A DNA stretch of 64,000 bases from Amphiscolops sp. MND2022 (Eukaryota), in NCBI GenBank assembly GCA_964187785.1, contig OZ076415.1, positions 21,018,001-21,082,000 on the forward strand, read 5' to 3'. Shown in pieces: positions 1 to 12,669 of the stretch (its first letter is position 1; the number at the start of each line of letters is the position of its first letter). The notes below the pieces were generated by a model, which was not told the origin of the DNA, did not search any database, and saw nothing but the letters and a program-made list of their open reading frames with translations. Made by a program: the position numbers and the translations under genes.

Positions 1-3000
1 CCTGCCCGAGATTCAATCGTGGAGTCTGTACATCGGCCAGCCTTTGATTACGTGCGCTAACATCCCATATATCGATTTTCTTCGGTGCGAACCTCATGTG
101 ACAGTTGCTCTGAGCGCATGTATTGATACCTTAAGGCGTACATTCCTCCGCGAGAATCTCATGTGTTTCTTCTGAAGGTCCTCAAGGTCTTGAAGTGTTC
201 AGCTTATGCGAAATCGGGACTGGCCTCTAGTTTAAGCTGTTTATCCCCGGACATGATGTTCCGGGCCATGAGTCTTACACTGACGCTATTCAAGGATCTG
301 ACCACTTGCTTGTTGAAATGTGGTCGGTTGAGATCTCTGGATTGCGAGGCAACAAGTATTTTGTTCAAATCATTACTCGTGGAGATCCGTCGACGAACCA
401 GAAGTTACTTCTTCGATCACAAACAGTTTCTTTTTTCTGCGGGATTCGGGCTTGCCTGACTGCCGGTTGAACTTCAACAAAGGGGTACAGTTGGCAGCTA
501 TGGTCATGGTTTCTTGTCCGGCTTGGTATCCTGATGACATGTCGTTGAGTGGTGCGAAAGTTCCGAAGAAGATTCTGTTGTCATCAATTTTTGCGTGCCA
601 GTTGTATGTATCTTTTTGCATATTTCGCTTCAGGAGAGCTTGTGACAAAATTTGCCTGGAGGAGTTGAAACACATTTTTTCGAATGGTAAGGACCTTATG
701 AATGACGCCTCGTTTTCACCGTGGAACTCGTTGTTTGTCTTTGAACGTTTAATCTGTACCGCGGGTTACGCGTTTCTTTTGATTCGTGTTATTTGGAGCA
801 TATTTCTGAGGGAGCGTCGGCGATGCTGCTTTGGGTCTGTATTCGGCTACTTCATCCCCTGACAATTTTGAACCTGCTATTGGGTCATTTCAACCTGATG
901 TTGTGTCTGGGGTATTGGCTTCGGTAGATCCTGGGCATTCTGCAATTGGTGTTCGGTCTTGTTCTCCTGTCCTGGTGCCCAGTTCATCTGCTACCCTTAG
1001 TGGTTCTTTCAATGTTGCGCAGAGAATAAAGGAGAAGATGAATACCCAGTGTATGAGGATCTTGTAAACATGACGCATTCGGGCTGATGTGAAAAACTTG
1101 ACCTGTATAACTTTTGAGGTTGTAATTTGTATTTATTTCTGTTTATATTATTATTGTACCCCGTATTTCGTCTGTGCCGATGGGTCTGTTGTTTAATTGA
1201 ACAAAAAATGAAGAATACGTTACTCAGAAAGGAAAGGGATTAGCCAAGGGTCCTGGAAAAAAACTCACTGATGGAGCCTTCTGTAATTCATCATTCTGCT
1301 CCTCGAATCCGTTTTCTCTTCAGTTGTAGTTGAGTGTGAGAAATAAGTAAGTCAGTCGTAGGAAGTAGAATAAGAAAGTAGTCTAAGTGTGCCATATCAC
1401 GAATTCAATGTAAGAGTTCATTCACGTAAAATGACTTCTACTGGGTTGTAATATGCGTAATCGTGTTTCCAGTTGGATGGTGGGTTACTACGTAGGTTGT
1501 ATTTTCCTTTTCGTGGGAAACTAGGTTCCGGGTTTGATTTGGTTTCTGGGCTTTGGCTGTTGTCTTTGGTTGGGATATACGAGGCTTTGTCCTCGGTAGT
1601 GTCTTCTGAGCCGCCGACCCTCTCAGGCTGGATCTTAGTGTGTTCGTCGTTAGGGGGACTGTTTTTAGGCTAACAAAGTGTTCAAATCCTGATTACCACG
1701 CGAGGCCATATAGGTCGTCGTTGAGAAGTTCAACCTTGTTATCGGGTTGGAAATGTTCCGCTTGGACATGGTTGTTGGGTAGGCTTGCTCATTTGCTTGT
1801 GGGTGTAGGGCGTAGCAGTAGTCTTTGGTTTCCAGAGGGTGAAATGAAGCTTTCCTATCGTAGTTTTGCTTGTACCGTATGTACGAGTGTACAAGGTGCT
1901 TCTTCACTGACTCATGGATCAGGCAATTTTCTGGAGAACTTCTTCCTCGGCGTCTGTTGTCGGTTTCTTGGGGTGACTCTGTTTATGTCGAAACTTCAAG
2001 TCAAAAACATTGTAGGGTATTCTGGCGTGGAATACCCTACTGGGCTCGCAATCCAGTGTCGAGTGGAAGAGGTGTTGTACTTGAGCGTTGCGATGGGCAC
2101 AATTTGGTGTCACATTGTTCGCCGCTCCCCTATTGAGACTTTGAGGGCTTCTTTCAATGAGACAACGCTCCAGGATGCTGATGGTCTATGCATGTTTGGC
2201 CGTGGCGTGTCTCAATTAGAGCTGCCCAGGTCGCGAGTTGTGTCGGTCATTACACCGGACATAAATTTGTTCCTTTGTCCAGGTTCGAGCAGGAGAACCT
2301 GTAAGTACCTGATTTTCCCTGTCTTCCCGAAATACTGTCGATATTACATCCCGTCCTCAAGAATGATTCGGGCTTCTTGGGTCGTGTACTGCAGTGCTCT
2401 CTTGTCGTATGGTTCCTTCAGTGAGGCCAGTCTGGTTGGTGCGAATCTTCTGGATCCTTTTGCCATTCTAGATTAATTGCTTCTGCGCTTGGTTAAAGCG
2501 ATCTATCAGCCTTTCACAAGTGTGTCCATCAACGAAAGGTTCTTTTTGTCTCCTTATGACCGGTTATTTCCCAGTTATTGCATCACTGGGATGATGTGAG
2601 TTGTTTCTCAAGGAGACACGGACTACTCTTCCAATTGAGGGCAAGGCGCCTCTTCAGGTGGGTCAGTTGATTATTTCGGACATATTGGTGTTGCCCCGTT
2701 TGTTACTGAAGTCACCGATTATACTTGCCGCAGCTATGCTGATTTTTGTTATAGTCTATTGGAGTTTTTTTGGTAAGGCGAATAAGCTGAGTGACCTGCC
2801 CGAGATTCAATCGTGGAGTCTGTACATCGGCCAGCCTTTGATTACGTGCGCTAACATCCCATATATCGATTTTCTTCGGTGCGAACCTCATGTGACAGTT
2901 GCTCTGAGCGCATGTATTGATGCCTTAAGGCGCACATTCCTCCGCGAGAATCTCATGTGTTTCTTCTGAAGGTCCTCAAGGTCTTGAAGTGTTCAGCTTA

Positions 3001-5215
3001 TGCGAAATCGGGACTGGCCTCTAGTTTAAGCTGTTTATCCCCGGATATGATGTTCCGAGCCATGAGTCTTACACTGACGCTATTCAAGGATCTGACCACT
3101 TGCTTGTTGAAATGTGGTCGGTTGAGATCTCTGGATTGCGAGGCAACAAGTATTTTGTTCAAATCATTACTCGTGGAGATCCGTCGACGAACCAGAAGTT
3201 ACTTCTTCGATCACAAACAGTTTCTTTTTTCTGCGGGATTCGGGCTTGCCTGACTGCCCGTTGAACTTCAACAAAGGGGTACAGTTGGCAGCTATGGTCA
3301 TGGTTTCTTGTCCGGCTTGGTATCCTGATGACATGTCGTTGAGTGGTGCGAAAGTTCCGAAGAAGATTCTGTTGTCATCAATTTTTGCGTGCCAGTTGTA
3401 TGTATCTTTTTGCATATTTCGCTTCAGGAGAGCTTGTGACAAAATTTGCCTGGAGGAGTTGAATCACATTTTTTCGAATGGTAAGGACCTTATGAATGAC
3501 GCCTCGTTTTCACCGTGGAACTCGTTGTTTGTCTTTGAACGTTTAATCTGTTCCGCGGGTTACGCGTTTCTTTTGATTCGTGTTATTTGGAGCAAATTTC
3601 TGAGGGGGCGTCGGCGATGCTGCTTTGGGTCTGTATTCGGCTACTTCATCCCCTGACAATTTTGAACCTGCTATTGGGTCATTTCAACCTGATGTTGTGT
3701 CTGGGGTATTGGCTTCGGTAGATCCTGGGCATTCTGCAATTGGTGTTCGGTCTTGTTCTCCTGTCCTGGTGCCCAGTTCATCTGCTACCCTTAGTGGTTC
3801 TTTCAATGTTGCGCAGAGAATAAAGGAGAAGATGAATACCCAGTGTATGAGGATCTTGTAAACATGACGCATTCGGGCTGATGTGAAAAACTTGACCTGT
3901 ATAACTTTTGAGGTTGTAATTTGTATTTATTTCTGTTTATATTATTATTGTACCCCGTATTTCGTCTGTGCCGATGGGTCTGTTGTTTAATTGAACAAAA
4001 AATGAAGAATACGTTACTCAGAAAGGAAAGGGATTAGCCAAAGGTCCTGGAAAAAAACTCACTGATGGAGCCTTCTGTAATTCATCATTCTGCTCCTCGA
4101 ATCCGTTTTCTCTTCAGTTGTAGTTGAGTGTGAGAAATAAGTAAGTCAGTCGTAGGAAGTAGAATAAGAAAGTAGTCTAAGTGTGCCATATCACGAATTC
4201 AATGTAAGAGTTCATTCACGTAAAATGACTTCTACTGGGTTGTAATATGCGTAATCGTGTTTCCAGTTGGATGGTGGGTTACTACGTAGGTTGTATTTTC
4301 CTTTTCGTGGGAAACTAGGTTCCGGGTTTGATTTGGTTTCTGGGCTTTGGCTGTTGTGTTTGGTTGGGATATACGAGGCTTAGTCCTCGGTAGTGTCTTC
4401 TGAGCCGCCGACCCTCTCAGGCTGGATCTTAGTGTGTTCGTCGTTAGGGGGACTGTTTTTAGGCTAACAAAGTGTTCAAATCCTGATTACCACGCGAGGC
4501 CATATAGGTCGTCGTTGAGAAGTTCAACCTTGTTATCGGGTTGGAAATGTTCCGCTTGGACATGGTTGTTGGGTAGGCTTGCTCATTTGCTTGTGGGTGT
4601 AGGGCGTAGCAGTAGTCGTTGGTTTCCAGAGGGTGAAATGAAGCTTTCCTATCGTAGTTTTGCTTGTACCGTATGTACGAGTGTACAAGGTGCTTCTTCA
4701 CTGACTCATGGATCAGGCAATTTTCTGGAGAACTTCTTCCTCGGCGTATGTTGTCGGTTTCTTGGGGTGACTCTGTTTATGTCGAAACTTCAAGTCAAAA
4801 ACATTGTAGGGTATTCTGCCGTGGAATACCCTACTGGGCTCGCAATCCAGTGTCGAGTGGAAGAGGTGTTGTACTTGAGCGTTGCGATGGGCACAATTTG
4901 GTGTCACATTGTTCGCCGCTCCCCTATTGAGACTTTGAGGGCTTCTTTCAATGAGACAACGCTCCAGGATGCTGATGGTCTATGCATGTTTGGCCGTGGC
5001 GTGTCTCAATTAGAGCTGCCCAGGTCACGAGTTGTGTCGGTCATTACACCGGACATAAATTTGTTCCTTTGTCCAGGTTCGAGCAGGAGAACCTGTAAGT
5101 ACCTGATTTTCCCTGTCTTCCCGAAATACTGTCGATATAACATCCCGTCCTCAAGAATGATTCGGGCTTCTTGGGTCGTGTACTGCAGTGCTCTCTTGTC
5201 GTATGGTTCCTTCAG
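1..5215. repeat. Direct tandem duplication, period 2,794 bp
   Basis: 1-2421 matches 2795-5215 (cctgcccgagattc at 1 and 2795; the match ends at ...ggttccttcag 2421/5215). ORF pairs are offset by 2794 (163/2957, 452/3246, 1640/4434). Only scattered SNPs. Confidence 0.97.
2422..3872 (-). pseudogene. Env-like third ORF downstream of pol in element A (second copy 1-1078)
   Basis: Signal-peptide-like start MRHVYKILIHWVFIFSFILCA. In the same frame, KKRVTR and R*KR-GVI (furin-like). Later coiled-coil-like segments in another frame. Several stops. Confidence 0.45.
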
Positions 5216-5480
5216 CAGTTTGTAATTGCGTAAGATTATGTCTTGTTGGTGCCTCTTGTCAGTCTGAAGGCTATCTTCGGGCGTGGCGTCTCGTTTGTGT
5301 TAGATAATTTCTGTTTGAAATATGATGACGTTGTTGTTGAGTGTGGTATTTTCTGAGAATGCGGTGTTTGTTGGCGTTTGTTGGGTGGCGTTTCCTAATT
5401 TTTTTCTTCCGGGCTCGCTGTTTTCGTTCCCAGATTTGTTCCTCAGTTTTTATGTCGTCTTCAGGGAGGAAAAAGAACTA
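4230..5480 (-). pseudogene. Gypsy integrase and pol C-terminus (copies at ~1440-2421 and ~8180-9440)
   Basis: CEPSRVFHGRIPYNVFDLKF, YKQNYDRKA, and terminal PRKGKYNLRSNPPSNWKHDYAY. The core is partly deleted. Confidence 0.88.
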
Positions 5481-7806
5481 TTCCTCTTCAGTGACATCAG
5501 ATTACTGTCGGAGATTCTTAATCGGTGATGTTTCAATGTCATCACGTATCAAGAGTTGGACCTCTTCCTTGTGGTCGAGGACAAGACGCGAGAGGAAGTC
5601 CGCTGCAGTTTGATCCGGCATGGGACTTGGGCGATAGAGAAATGGAACTGCTATACATAATCGCATGCGTTCCATAGAGCTGGGAGTATTATCTTCATCT
5701 GGAAGAATCTTGTCACTTACGTGTTGTCGGTAAGGACAATCACTGGTTTAATCAACCCCCACAGGTTGTGGCTGTACTCCATAAAAGCAAAATATATTAC
5801 CAGGAACTCCTTTCCGTAGATTTACATTTTCATTCGGGCCGGAGAGAACGTTGGGAACCAAATGCATCTGGTGCGTTTGTCTTTTTGACTGATGTGATTA
5901 TATTCCGCGTTTTCCACAATCATGAAGGCGTAGCCAGCATTCTTGAAGTTTGCGTCAGTCATTAGTACACACTGCTTGCTGGGTAGGGGTTGTTTCGACC
6001 AGAGGCCACAAGCGGTGTCTACTGATTTGTTGATGTTCTTGAAATTTTCCAAGATTTTGTTCCTGACATTGATCAGCTTGTCTGCCGTCACTAATTCGTG
6101 GAATGGGGCAACTTTTTCAGACAACCTGGGAAGGTAGTTTTGTTAAAAGTTCAAAAACACGATGTATGGAGACCCTTTTTGTTTTTGGAAACGACAATTT
6201 TTGGAAGAAATTTCGGATTTTGTGTGTTTGAGGGGCGAATCCCTCTGGTGACACAGTTCGTGCAAAGAATTTGACTTCCTTGGCACCGAACTGACACTTG
6301 GCTTTTGTCAGACTCAGTCCTGCTTCTCTGACGCACTGGAAGACCTGGCGCCGGTTGGATTTCAACTCCTCGACGTTGTGGGTGGCTATCCCGATGTCGT
6401 CGACATACTGAGCGCATTTGTCAGCTTCAATGACTCTTGAGATTTTCCCTCATGAACCTCAAGACGAAAGAGAGGGATCTGCTGAGCCCTTCTGCAAGTC
6501 GCAGGTATGCGACTGTTTGACAAGCAAAATTAACGGTGCCAACAGCTTGACTGATTTCTGGTCTGCTGTTTGCGGGAGCAGTCAGAAGAACGCTTACAGA
6601 AGAACTTTTTGCCTGCCAGGTGTTGGGCAGCGTCGGAGAGTGTGCTCACGGGGTGATTATTGTTTATATTATCGTCTGCGATGAGGTTGTTGATTTTCCT
6701 CAAGTCCACAGGCAGCCAAAGCCTCCCAATTAGTTTTCTTTGCGCGAAAATTGGACTCGCGTATTTGCTGAAGTGGAGCGTTGTGATAATCCCATAGTAC
6801 TGCATTAGGGCCAACTCGACTGTCAAGTCATCCTTCAGGTGGCAGGCTGGTCTAATTTAGTTGTGAGTTTTATCTTAAACTCGTTGTTAACTCCTATGTC
6901 GAGGCGGTGCCTGGCGAAAATGTTGTTAAACTCCACGAGTATGTCTTCGATGTCTGCTCTGTTTTTCTCGTTGCGTTGTTATTCCTCCTATTTGAAGTTT
7001 GCGAGAAAAGATGCTCTGTCATTTGGACTATTGTGTGGGTTTGGTTTCTGGATTGACTCCAGTTCCTCAATCTCCCGTAAAATGCGGCTCTGGATAGGGG
7101 TGTGAGTTGCGGCATAACCTGGGTTGTCAGATATGGGGAACAACAAGTTTTGGGACGGTTGCGGTTTATCGTAGATTTGAGGAGTTCGTTGAAATACTCC
7201 ATCGCCTACTCGGAGTCGTCGTCTGCTAGGACGTTCAATGCCGCGGAATTGAGTGGGCGTAATTGTTTGGCTTTTTGTACAGAGAGGTTGTGAAAGTCTG
7301 CAACTGACGTGTTCTTTTTGAGAGTGAATGGATTAGGCGACGTATTGGTGATTCGGATTTGGATTTTAGAATTTGTTGCTGTCGAGATGGGACTTATCAC
7401 TACTATCTGGTTGTCCCTCGTGCCATGTTCTATTACGTGGACTATGTCAGTGGTGTTGGCAATTGTTATTGCCTGCTTTTATTCGTGGTGCATTGGTGGG
7501 GCATCAGCGTTAGTTGGTTTCGGATTGTTATTTTGTGGTGGTTGGGCTCCGCTTCGTTCTCGTCCGTTGTGATGGCGTATGTTAGGTGGGGAAATGGTAA
7601 TATCACACTGTTGTTTTTCAAGAATGTCAGTCCAAGGAGTGGTCCTGTTATTTTGGTGGCAACGAGGAGAGTTTCCTTGAAAATTCAGTCGCCAAATGCG
7701 AATTGGAGCGGACTGTGTTCGTGGGGGCCTCGATGTTGCCGGTTGCGTCCTGGAGTTTAAATAATGGGGCTCCATCTTTGAAAATGTTGTCGGGGTTATT
7801 TAGATT
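5480..7806 (-). pseudogene. Gypsy protease C-half, dUTPase-fold-like spacer, RT and RNase H (copy 1)
   Basis: TGPLLGLTFLKNN; ITNTSPNPFTLKKNTSVADF; KYASPIFAQRK; YVDD at ~6398-6409; AGLSLTKAKCQFG; LMTDA. Confidence 0.9.
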
Positions 7807-9442
7807 TAAACATGACGCATTCGGGTTGATGTGAAAAATTTGAACTGTAATTTTTGAGGTTGTAATTTGTATTTCTTTCTGTTTATACTATTATTGTACC
7901 CCGTATTTCGTCTGTGCCGATGGGTCTGTTGTTTAATTGAACAAAAAATGAAGAATACGTTACTCAGAAATGAAAGGGATTAGCCAAAGGTCCTGGAAAG
8001 AAACTCACTGAAGGAGCCTTCTGTAATTCATTGTTCTGCTCCTCGAATACGTTCTCTCTTCAATTGTAGTTGAGTGTGATGAATAAGTAAGTCAGGCGTA
8101 GGAAGTAGAATAAGAAAGTAGTCTAAGTGTGCCATATCACGAATTCAATGTAAGAGTTCATTCGCGTAAAATGGCTTCTACTGGGCTGTAATATGCGAAA
8201 TCGTGTTTCCAGTTGGATGGTTGGTTACTACGTAGGTTGTTTATTCCTTTTCGTGGGAAACTAGGTTCCGGGTTTGAGTTGGGTTCTGGGCTTTGGCTGT
8301 TGTGTTTGGTTGGGATATACGAAGCTTTGTCCTCGGTAGTGTCTTCTGAGCCGCCGACCCTCTCAGGCTGGATCTTAGTGTGTTCGTCGTTAGGGGGACT
8401 GTTTTTAGGCTAACAAAGTGTTCAAATCCTGATTACCACGCGAGGCCATATAGGTCGTCGTTGAGAAGTTCAACCTTGTTATCGGGTTGGAAATGTTCCG
8501 CTTGGACATGGTTGTTGGGTAGGCTTGCTCATTTGCCTGTGGGTGTAGGGCGTAGCAGTAGTCGTTGGTTTCCAGCGGGTGAAATGAAGCTTTCCTATCG
8601 TAGTTTTGCTTGTACCGTATGTACGAGTGTACAAGGTGCTTCTTCACTGACTCATGGATCAGGCGATTTTCTGGGGAACTTCTTCCTCGGCGTCTGTTGT
8701 CGGTTTCTTGGGGTGACTCTGTTTATGTCGAAACTTCAAGTCAAGGACATTTTAGGGTATTCTGCCGTGGAATACCCTACTGGGCTCGCAATCCAGTGTC
8801 GAGTGGAAGAAGTGTTGTACTTGAGCGTTGCGATGGGCACAATTTGGTGTCACATTGTTCGCCGCTCCCCTGTTGAGACTTTGAGGGCTTCTTTCAATGA
8901 GACAACGCTCCAGGATGCTGATGGTCTATGCGTGTTTGGCCGTGGCGTGTCTCAATTAGATGCCCAGGTCGCGAGTTGTGTCGGCCATTACACCGGACAT
9001 AAATTTGTTCCTTTGTCCAGGTTCGAGCAGGAGCACCTGTAAGTACCAGATTTTCCCTGTCTTCCCGAAATACTGTCGATATAACATCGCGTCCTCAAGA
9101 ATGATTCGGGCTTCTTGGGTCGTGTACTGCAGTGCTCTCTTGTCAGTTGCCATGAGCTGTTCATCGTATGGTTCCTTCAGCAGTTTGTAATTGCGTAAGA
9201 TTATGTCTTGTTGGTGCCTCTTGTCAGTCTGAAGGCTATCTTCGGGCGTGGCGTCTCGTTTGTGTTAGATAATTTCTGTTTGAAATATGATGACGTTGTT
9301 GTTGAGTGTGGTATTTTCTGAGAATGCGGTGTTTGTTGGCGTTTGTTGGGTGGCGTTTCCTAATTTTTTTCTTCCGGGCTCGCTGTTTTCGTTCCCAGAT
9401 TTGTTCCTCAGTTTTTATGTCGTCTTCAGGGAGGAAATAGAA

Positions 9443-11856
9443 CTATTCCTCTTCAGTGACATCAGATGACTGTAGGAGATTCCTAATCGGTGATATTTCA
9501 ATGTCATCGCGTATCAAGAGTTGGACCTCTTCCTTGTGGTCGAGGTCAAGACGCGAGAGGAAGTCCGCTGCAGTTTGATCCGGCATGGGACCTGGGCGAT
9601 AGAGAAATGGAACTGCTATACATAATCGCATGCGTTCCATAGAGCTGGGAGTATTATCTTCATCTGGAAGAATCTTGTCACTTACGTGTTGTCGGTAAGG
9701 ACAATCACTGGTTTAATCAACCCCCACAGGTTGTGGCTGTACTCCATAAAAGCAAAATATATTACCAGGAACTCCTTTCCGTAGATTTACATTTTCATTC
9801 GGGCCGGAGAGAACGTTGGGAACCAAATGCATCTGGTGCGGTTGTCTTTTTGCCTGATGTGATTCTCTTCAGCGTTTTCCTCAATCATGAATGCGTAGCC
9901 AGCATTCTTGACGTTTGCGTCAGTCATTAGTACACACTCCTTGCTGGGTAGGGGTTGTTTCGACCAGAGGCCACAAGCGGTGTCTACTGATTTGTTGATG
10001 TTCTTGAAATTTTCCAAGATTTTGTTCCTGACATTGATCAGCTTGTCTGCCGTCACTAATTCGTGGAATGGGGCAACTTTTTCAGACAACCTGGGAAGGT
10101 AGTTCTGTTAAAAGTTCAAAAACCCGATGTATGGAGACCCTTTTTGTTTTTGGAAACGACAATTTTTGGAAGAAATTTCGGATTTTGTGTGTTTGAGGGG
10201 CGAATCCCTCTGGTGACACAGTTCGTCCAAAGAATTTGACTTCCTTGGCACCGAACTGACACTTGGCTTTTGTCAGACTCAGCCCTGCTTCTCTGACGCA
10301 CTGGAAGACCTGGCGCCGGTTGGATTTCAACTCCTCGACGTTGTGGGTGGCTATCCCGATGTCGTCGACATACTGAGCGCATTTGTCAGCTTCAATGACT
10401 TTTGAGATTTTCCCTCATGAACCTCAAGACGGAAGAGAGGGATCTGCTGAGCGCTTGTGCAAGTCACAGGTATGCGACTGTCCGACAGGCAAATTTAACA
10501 GTGCCAACAGCTTGTCTGATTTCTGGTCTGCCGTTTGCGGGAGCAGTCAGAAGAACGCTTACAGAAGAACGTTTTGCCTGCCAGGTGTTGGGCAGCGTCG
10601 CAGAGTGTGCTCACGGGATTATTATTGTTTATATAATCGTCTGCGATGAGGTTGTTGATTTTCTTCAAGTCCACAGGCAGCCAGAGCCTCCCAATTAGTT
10701 TTCTTTGCGCGAAAATTGGACTCGCGTATTTGCTGAAGGGGAGCAATGTGATAATCGCATAGCACTGCATTAGGGCCAACTCGACTGTCAAGTCATCCTT
10801 CAGGTGGCAGGCTTGTCTGATTTAGTAGTGAGTTTTATCTTGAACTCGTTGTTAACTCCTATGTCGAGGCGGTGCCTGGCGAAAATGTTGTTAAACTCCA
10901 CGAGTATGTCTTCGATGTCTGCTCTGTTTTTCTCGTTGCGTTGTTATTCCTCCTATCTGAAGTTTGCGAGAAAAGATGCTCTGTCATTTGGACTATTGTG
11001 TGGGTTTGGTTTCTGGATTGACTCCAGTTCCTCAATCTCCCGTAAAATGCGGCTCTGGATAGGGGTGTGAGTTGCGGCATAACCTGGGTTGTCAGATATG
11101 GGGAACAACAAGTTTTGGGACGGTTGCGGCTTATCGTAGAATTGAGGAGTTCATTGAAATACTCCATCGCCTACTCGGAGTCGTCGTCTGCTAGGACGTT
11201 CAATGCCGCGGAACTGAGTGGGCGTAGTTGTTTGGCTTCTTGTACAGAGAGGATGTGAAAGTCTGCAACTGACGTGTTCTTTTCGAGAGTGAATGGATTA
11301 GGCGACGTATTGGTGATTCGGATTTGGATTTTAGAATTTGTTGCTGTCGAGATGGGACTTATCACTACTCTCTGGTTGTCCCTGGTGCCTTGTTCTATTA
11401 CGTGGACTATGTCAGTGGTGTTGGCAATTGTTGATGCCTGCTTCTATTCGCGGTGCATTGGTGGGGCATCAGCGTTAGTTGGTTTCGGATTGTGATTTTG
11501 TGGTGGTTGGGCTCCGCTTCGTTCTCGTCCGGTGTGATGGCGTATGTTAGGTGGGGAAATGGTAATATCGCACTGTTGTTTTCCAAGAATGTCAGCCGAA
11601 GGAGTGGTCCTGTTATTTTGGTGGCAACGAAGAAAGTTTCCTTGAAAATTCAGTCGCCAAATGCGAATTGGAGCGGACTGTGTTCGTGGGGGCCTTGATG
11701 TTGCTGTTTGCGTCCTGGAGTTTGAATAATGGGGCTCCATCTTTGATTATGTTGCCGGGGTTAATTAGATTTGATTTTGTCGAGCTCACTCTCGGGGAGG
11801 CAATGAACTAAAGCTCTTGAATCAATGAGTGCATCCATTGACAAATACGTGAAATA
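9443..11856 (-). pseudogene. Gypsy protease, spacer, RT and RNase H (copy 2)
   Basis: Same motifs as copy 1, plus the protease active-site segment DALIDSRA near 11830 (DSG altered to DSR). Confidence 0.9.
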
Positions 11857-12669
11857 GAACTATTCCTCTTCAGTGACATTAGATGACTGAAGGAGATTCT
11901 TAATCGGTGATGTTTCATTGGCATCACGTATCAGGAATTGGACCTCTTCCTTGTGGTCGAGGTCAAGACGCGAGAGGAAGTCCGCTGTAGTTTCATCCGG
12001 CTTGGGACATGGGCGATAGAGAAATGGAACTGCTATACATAATCGCATGCGTTCCATAGAGCTGGGAGTATTATCTTCATCTGGAAGAATCTTGTCACTT
12101 ACGTGTTGTCGGTAAGGACAATGACTGGTTTAATCAACCCCCACAGGAAGTGGCTGTACTCCATAAACGCAAAATATATGGTGGACGAGCACTGGTATTT
12201 CGGTGTCGTGTTCTTCTTCAGCCTGCAGTGCGGTAGTGCATGACTTGTTTCGTCCTTTAGTTGTCCAGTCGTGGAGAGGTTCATGTTGGTTCGTTTGGCG
12301 AATTCGTGACAAGGCACGTTTGTGGTTTGTCTGAAGATAAGTTTTTCTACGTCGTAGATCGTTCGGTTGTGATATGGGTCACAGTCGAAGTCAGTGTCAT
12401 GGATATAAGTTTCAGGGGTGGTGCTGGGTATCAGGGGTCTTCTGGTAGAATTATAGAAAGTGGGGTTTTGGACGTACCAATCAGGGTAGGGAAGCTTGTC
12501 TAGTGTATTCTTGTTAATTTTGATGATGATGAGCCTCCTGATGAGCTATCTTCGCTGCCAGTCGGTTCATGGTTCTCCGTTACACTCCATGAAGATCAAA
12601 TTCCCTCGAGGTTCAAATGTGGTGTAGAATCTGAAGTCTGCATAATCCCCGAAGCCAAGACGTGGCTTT

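Larger units (their letters stand above)
3859..11772. repeat. Direct tandem duplication, period ~3,950 bp (3,946-3,965)
   Basis: taaacatgacgcattcggg at 3859 and 7807. ORF pairs 4459/8405, 5822/9787, 6894/10859, 7479/11444. Visibly more diverged than the 2,794-bp pair, with a ~20-bp indel near 9145. Confidence 0.95.

Noticed and set aside
1640-2476. Long plus-strand ORFs (278, 263 and 220 aa at 1640, 4434 and 8380) as genes
   Set aside because: They are antisense shadows of the integrase region and are broken differently in each copy.
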